Below, piece after piece: positions 60,369 through 64,000 of a stretch of DNA of 64,000 nucleotides; within the stretch, counting starts at the first letter, position 1, and the number at the start of each line of letters is the position of its first letter. Origin of the DNA: an uncultured Pseudomonadota bacterium (lineage in GTDB: Bacteria; Pseudomonadota; Gammaproteobacteria; Ga0077536); NCBI GenBank assembly GCA_902597385.1, contig CACJXQ010000005.1:9074-73073 (forward strand). The letters are read 5' to 3'. The position numbers and the translations under genes are program-made. Under the pieces are notes generated by a model. That model was not told the origin of the DNA, made no database searches, and was given only the letters and a program-made list of their open reading frames with translations.

Positions 60369-60947
60369 TCAATCTTCATCTTCTTTCGGCGGCAAAATAA
60401 TCTTAACTCTCTGAGCTTTTTTCTTGTCAATTTCATCTTTCCTCACAATACCAGCCCGAGAAGAACGAACTGTAACAATACTTCTCTCGATATCATAATT
60501 CATACGATGCCCTTGCGTGAGCCTCTTGCCCTGAGTGACTTTTGCCGCCTCGATCAGATAAACCATTTGTTTATCTTTATAATATTCTATTATTTTTGCT
60601 TCACCCTCCACATCTTCCTCACCAATTTTAGGCGTCTGCCGAAAGGTTGCCGGTGTTCCTTCAAGAAACGCTTCCTTTATTTGCCTATCTTCCTCTAATA
60701 GTACTTTAAGACTGTCACCAGTCATACGAATAGAGCCTTGAGTAACGACGACATCTCCTAAATAGGTCGTAACACCCTTTTCATCATCCAGTTCCGCAAA
60801 ATTTGCCTCTATTTCAATAGGTTGATCCATATCAGAGGGTAGCGCGTGCACTGACGAGATAGATACAAGAGCAATGAAAAGAATTTTTATCTGTGAAATG
60901 AATTTAGCCCCGCAAGGAAAATGACGGTCGTCAATCTTTTTTTTCAT
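60369..60947 (-). CDS. lptA: LPS transport periplasmic protein LptA
   Basis: 192 aa. Signal peptide ending SVHA and an OstA-like beta-jellyroll (IEIEANFAELDDEKGVTTYLGDVVVTQGS). Lies between lptC and lptB. Confidence 0.85.
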   Translation of the reverse strand: MKKKIDDRHFPCGAKFISQIKILFIALVSISSVHALPSDMDQPIEIEANFAELDDEKGVTTYLGDVVVTQGSIRMTGDSLKVLLEEDRQIKEAFLEGTPATFRQTPKIGEEDVEGEAKIIEYYKDKQMVYLIEAAKVTQGKRLTQGHRMNYDIERSIVTVRSSRAGIVRKDEIDKKKAQRVKIILPPKEDED

Positions 60948-61491
60948 AAACTGTTCTCACACGATCCATTAGATGCAGTCGTCCTTCTAAAAATCTCACT
61001 TTCATCCCTACCGAGTTTGTTTCACTCGATGGCCCGATTATTTTGGCCGGCATATCTGTTTCCGCAAACTTATCTTTGGGAAGAACTTTAACTTCGGAGG
61101 TAAAAATTTCGTAAAGCCTTTTGCCCAATTCGTCTTTTTTCCAAACATCGACTTGCCCCTGAAGTAGAACCACCTCAGTCCCAGAGCTTACCCACGCCCT
61201 CTCTGACACCACATGCCAAGGTATAGGTCCATCATTGTATATCTCGAAATGCGGCTTATCGAGTTCCATGGAGTCGTCTTCTGGATAATGCTCTACCAAT
61301 CTAGAACGCAAAATATTTTTCACAGCGCCTTCACTATCTGTTGTAGTTCTTAACATCGATTCCAAATAGTAATCTGGTTCTCGTGAGGATTTTCTCTCGT
61401 TTTCAACAAGATTATCCTCAACTGTCTTAACCAGCAGGAAACTCAACCAAGCAAAAACGATGAAAACAAATGAGACAAACCAAGAAATCAC
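60931..61491 (-). CDS. lptC: LPS export system protein LptC
   Basis: 186 aa. GTG start, a single N-terminal TM anchor, then a beta-jellyroll region. The 3' end overlaps the lptA start by 17 nt. Confidence 0.8.
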   Translation of the reverse strand: MISWFVSFVFIVFAWLSFLLVKTVEDNLVENERKSSREPDYYLESMLRTTTDSEGAVKNILRSRLVEHYPEDDSMELDKPHFEIYNDGPIPWHVVSERAWVSSGTEVVLLQGQVDVWKKDELGKRLYEIFTSEVKVLPKDKFAETDMPAKIIGPSSETNSVGMKVRFLEGRLHLMDRVRTVYEKKD

Positions 61492-61557
61492 TTTTTAGGC
61501 CTATTAATCAGCTGGCACGATTATATTTATCAAGTAATATATCACAAATCTGGCAGT

Positions 61558-62535
61558 TCAGAGATTGAACCCCAACTTTAACAAGTCATGTAGGTTGACT
61601 GCCCCAACAACTCGGTTATCCCCATCCACAACAGGCAATCCATTTATTTTTAGATCCCTCATCATATTAAGGGTATCAAATGCTAATTTTTCTTCAGAAA
61701 CCTTTTTAAAATATTTGTTCATGAAAGACGCTATCGAGGCTTTACGAACATTAAATTCTGTATCGAAAAGCCGCCGTAAATCACCATCAGTAAAGACCCC
61801 AAGCGCTTCATTTGCATCATTAACAATAATCGCAAAACCCAAGCCCGTTTCGGTTATTTTCATGATTGCATCTAGAAGCGACGCTTTGGAGTCCACAATA
61901 GGCATTGAGTGACCGGTGTGCATTATGTCTTTCACACATAGTGTTAGTTGTTTTCCTAGCGCCCCTCCTGGATGAGAGCGAGCAAACTGCTCTCTAGAAA
62001 AACCCCTTTTCTCGAAAATTGCCGCAGCAAATGCATCTCCCAAAGCCAACATTGCAGTTGTACTCGACATGGGAGCCAAACCTAAAGGACAAGCAACCTC
62101 CTCTTCTGGAACGGATAAATTATAATTTGAAAAAACTGCAAGCGAGGAATGCGGATTCCCCGTAATAGCAATTACAGGTATATTCATCTGCTCTAGAATA
62201 GGCAGTAATAATAAAACTTCTTTTGTTTCACCTGAATTAGATAAAATTAGTGCCACATCCCCTCTGGCAAGCATACCCATATCACCATGACTAGCCTCCG
62301 CTGCATTCACAAAAAATGCTGGTGTGCCCGTGCTTGCAAGTGTGGAAGCAATTTTTCGGCTTATGTGGCCTGACTTACCCACACCAATTAGCGCCACTCT
62401 GCCTAAACATCCATGGGCTAAGTTAACTGCATCAATAAAATTTGCGTCAACGGAAGCGACCAAAGCACCAAGAGTCTCCGCCTCCGCTTCCAAAACACCA
62501 ATCGCGGTTTGTTTTATACCTTCCTTGACCTTCAT
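61558..62535 (-). CDS. kdsD: arabinose-5-phosphate isomerase (SIS + tandem CBS)
   Basis: SIS motif GVGKSGHISRKIASTLASTGTPAFF and a C-terminal CBS pair. ATG 62535 (MKVKEG) is preferred over TTG 62544. Confidence 0.9.
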   Translation of the reverse strand: MKVKEGIKQTAIGVLEAEAETLGALVASVDANFIDAVNLAHGCLGRVALIGVGKSGHISRKIASTLASTGTPAFFVNAAEASHGDMGMLARGDVALILSNSGETKEVLLLLPILEQMNIPVIAITGNPHSSLAVFSNYNLSVPEEEVACPLGLAPMSSTTAMLALGDAFAAAIFEKRGFSREQFARSHPGGALGKQLTLCVKDIMHTGHSMPIVDSKASLLDAIMKITETGLGFAIIVNDANEALGVFTDGDLRRLFDTEFNVRKASIASFMNKYFKKVSEEKLAFDTLNMMRDLKINGLPVVDGDNRVVGAVNLHDLLKLGFNL

Positions 62536-62611
62536 TTTTGACAACAGACCTCTATTTAGTAAATTTGGATCAACTGCTGTAAACCATTTTACACGCTAGT
62601 TAGCAAAAACA

Positions 62612-63574
62612 TCACCCAAAAAAAAGCGTAATTTGATAGAAAATAAAGCTCAATAAAAAGATTAAGCCGGGCAAACGATCCAACTTCCCTTTTTTCCTGT
62701 TAATGATAATTGCCAGTAGCAACAGTAGAGTTAGGAACCACATTACCCCAACATCACGTAGCAATATAGTTTTGTCGACTGAGAAGGGATGGAACAGGGC
62801 AGGCATCGCAACAACTCCTAAAGCATTAAATAAATTCGAACCTATTATATTGCCGATAGCTAAATCTGTTGCTTTTTTTAAGGCACTAGCAAGGGAAGCT
62901 GCGAGCTCTGGTAAACTTGTACCCACCGCGACAATAGTGAGCCCGATGAACACATCAGTCGCCCCAAAGTATTTTGCCAATGAAACCGCTCCTTTAACCA
63001 GCATTTCAGACCCTATCAACAGCAAAGCTAACCCTGCCAAGAATAAAAAAAAAGCCCTCCAAACCCTTACCTCTTTTTCTTGAGTCGAGATAGAGAGTTC
63101 GCCATCATCAAAACTGTCATCTTCAGCATTGCCATTGAGAAATACCATCATAGAAAGCAAAAACAATAGACCACCGAGAAGTGCAATTCCATCAAATAAC
63201 CCGATGCTCAAATCGAGCATGAGCAGGGTTGATAACAACAATCCAGCTAGCATAATGGGAAATTCTAGTTTCAAAAGACTGGATTTTATTTGAAGGGGGA
63301 ATACCAAAGCAGTTACGCCAAGAACCAAACCAATATTGGCTATATTTGAGCCAATAGCATTTCCGATGCTTAAGTTAGGATGAGACTCCAAAGCGGCAAT
63401 TGTAGAAACCAATAACTCCGGAGCCGAAGTAGCAAACCCGACCACCACCACCCCAACTATCATGGGCGAAATCCCAAATCGCACTGAGAGAGATAATGCT
63501 CCGTCTACAAATCTATCCGCACCAAAGGCGAGCAATCCTAAACCGCACAGAACAAATATAGTTGCCTCCAGCAT
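62612..63574 (-). CDS. yrbG: CaCA-family sodium/calcium exchanger (YrbG-like)
   Basis: 320 aa with two alpha-repeats (GNAIGSNIANI and GNIIGSNLFN) separated by an acidic loop. Conserved neighbour of kdsD. Confidence 0.88.
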   Translation of the reverse strand: MLEATIFVLCGLGLLAFGADRFVDGALSLSVRFGISPMIVGVVVVGFATSAPELLVSTIAALESHPNLSIGNAIGSNIANIGLVLGVTALVFPLQIKSSLLKLEFPIMLAGLLLSTLLMLDLSIGLFDGIALLGGLLFLLSMMVFLNGNAEDDSFDDGELSISTQEKEVRVWRAFFLFLAGLALLLIGSEMLVKGAVSLAKYFGATDVFIGLTIVAVGTSLPELAASLASALKKATDLAIGNIIGSNLFNALGVVAMPALFHPFSVDKTILLRDVGVMWFLTLLLLLAIIINRKKGKLDRLPGLIFLLSFIFYQITLFFG

Positions 63575-63684
63575 TAGATCGAACTTCCCTTTTTAAATGA
63601 ACAAATAGTGGGATAGGATAGCATCAAAATACTCACAATGAGATGCTATTACTAACTCAAATTATTATCGGCAGGAGAAAAACT

Positions 63685-64000
63685 TTGAAAGCTATAATCT
63701 TAGCCGCAGGACGAGGGAAACGGCTCAGACCACTAACAGATAAAGTGCCCAAGCCACTCACCAAAATAAACGGCGAACCCTTGATAGAACGCCATGTGAA
63801 AAGATTATCCGAAAGTTCCTTTGAAGAGATAGTTATAAATCTTTCTTATAAAGGCGATCAAATCGAAAAGCATATCGGCGATGGCACAAGATACGGCATT
63901 CGTGTTAAGTATTCTAAGGAAGGCGAACAACCACTAGAAACTCTTGGAGGGATCTTAAAAGCACTCCCCATATTGGGTGAAATAGAACAATTTGTGGTCA
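63685..64000 (+). CDS. murU: N-acetylmuramate alpha-1-phosphate uridylyltransferase-like nucleotidyltransferase (3' end outside window)
   Basis: TTG start preceded by AGGAGA (63673-63678). (L)KAIILAAGRGKRLRPLTDKVPKPL...EIVINLSYKGDQIEKHIGDGTRYGIRVKYSKEGE closely resembles Pseudomonas MurU as I recall it. The ORF is open to the window end. Confidence 0.65.
   Translation, partial: MKAIILAAGRGKRLRPLTDKVPKPLTKINGEPLIERHVKRLSESSFEEIVINLSYKGDQIEKHIGDGTRYGIRVKYSKEGEQPLETLGGILKALPILGEIEQFVV

Noticed and set aside
61513-61528. TGGCAC hexamer resembling a sigma-54 -24 element in the kdsD-lptC gap
   Set aside because: The -12 position reads TATT rather than TTGC. The element is also on the plus strand, pointing away from any plus-strand gene.
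62677-63594. Near-identical 18-19 nt strings GATC(C/G)AACTTCCCTTTT at 62677 and 63577, exactly 900 nt apart, at the 3' end and in the 5' leader of yrbG
   Set aside because: The similarity does not extend beyond the short pyrimidine-rich core. A single 17/18 match is within chance expectation for low-complexity AT-leaning sequence of this length. There is no inverted or mobile-element context.
1-64000. Searched by eye for tRNA T-arm motifs (GGTTCGAATCC-like), rRNA, CRISPR repeat-spacer periodicity, IS or transposase or integrase ORFs, toxin-antitoxin pairs and defence-system signatures
   Set aside because: None was found. Every ORF over about 100 aa outside shadow frames is accounted for by a housekeeping family, and no intergenic gap exceeds 201 nt. 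A covariance-model scan (tRNAscan or Infernal) would be needed to exclude small ncRNAs formally.

Overview
This 64 kb window is gene-dense core chromosome from a moderately AT-rich gammaproteobacterium. Summing the gaps between my calls gives about 96% coding, and the largest intergenic gap is 201 bp. Gene order follows the conserved blocks known from Pseudomonas-like and Oceanospirillales-like genomes; I cannot name the lineage from sequence alone. I call 66 intact protein genes and one frameshifted gene (rpiA). By eye I found no tRNA, rRNA, CRISPR, transposase, integrase, phage or defence-island content.

Blocks in order:
- gltBD-hemE
- DUF368, then lnt-corC-ybeY-phoH-miaB
- panC-folK-pcnB
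- RDD, then lptG divergent from pepA-holC-valS
- cysE-iscR-sufABCDS-sufT-ndk-rlmN-pilW-rodZ-hisS-yfgM-bamB-der
- bamC-dapA divergent from gcvR
- perM, then queG-rpe-gph-trpGDC
- VOC and class II aldolase pair, then ilvA divergent from rpiA
- tatCBA-hisE-hisF-hisA-polA
- DUF2782, then mgtE-EI-npr-rapZ-ptsN-rpoN-lptBAC-kdsD-yrbG
- murU (partial)

I did not find a convincing novel multi-gene system, and the region looks ordinary. The observations most worth a second look are:
1. A SUF operon headed by a true IscR ortholog sits exactly where the ISC operon lies in related genomes.
2. rpiA is broken at a 10-G homopolymer.
3. The nitrogen-PTS module is contiguous, has a GAF-less Enzyme I and lacks hpf.
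4. Conserved blocks repeatedly lack one expected member: panB, lptF, ispG, trpE, hisI, hpf and kdsC.
5. BamC carries a long duplicated linker.
6. Several coding overlaps are unusually long.

All functional calls rest on motif and family recognition by eye plus synteny. No database search was run.
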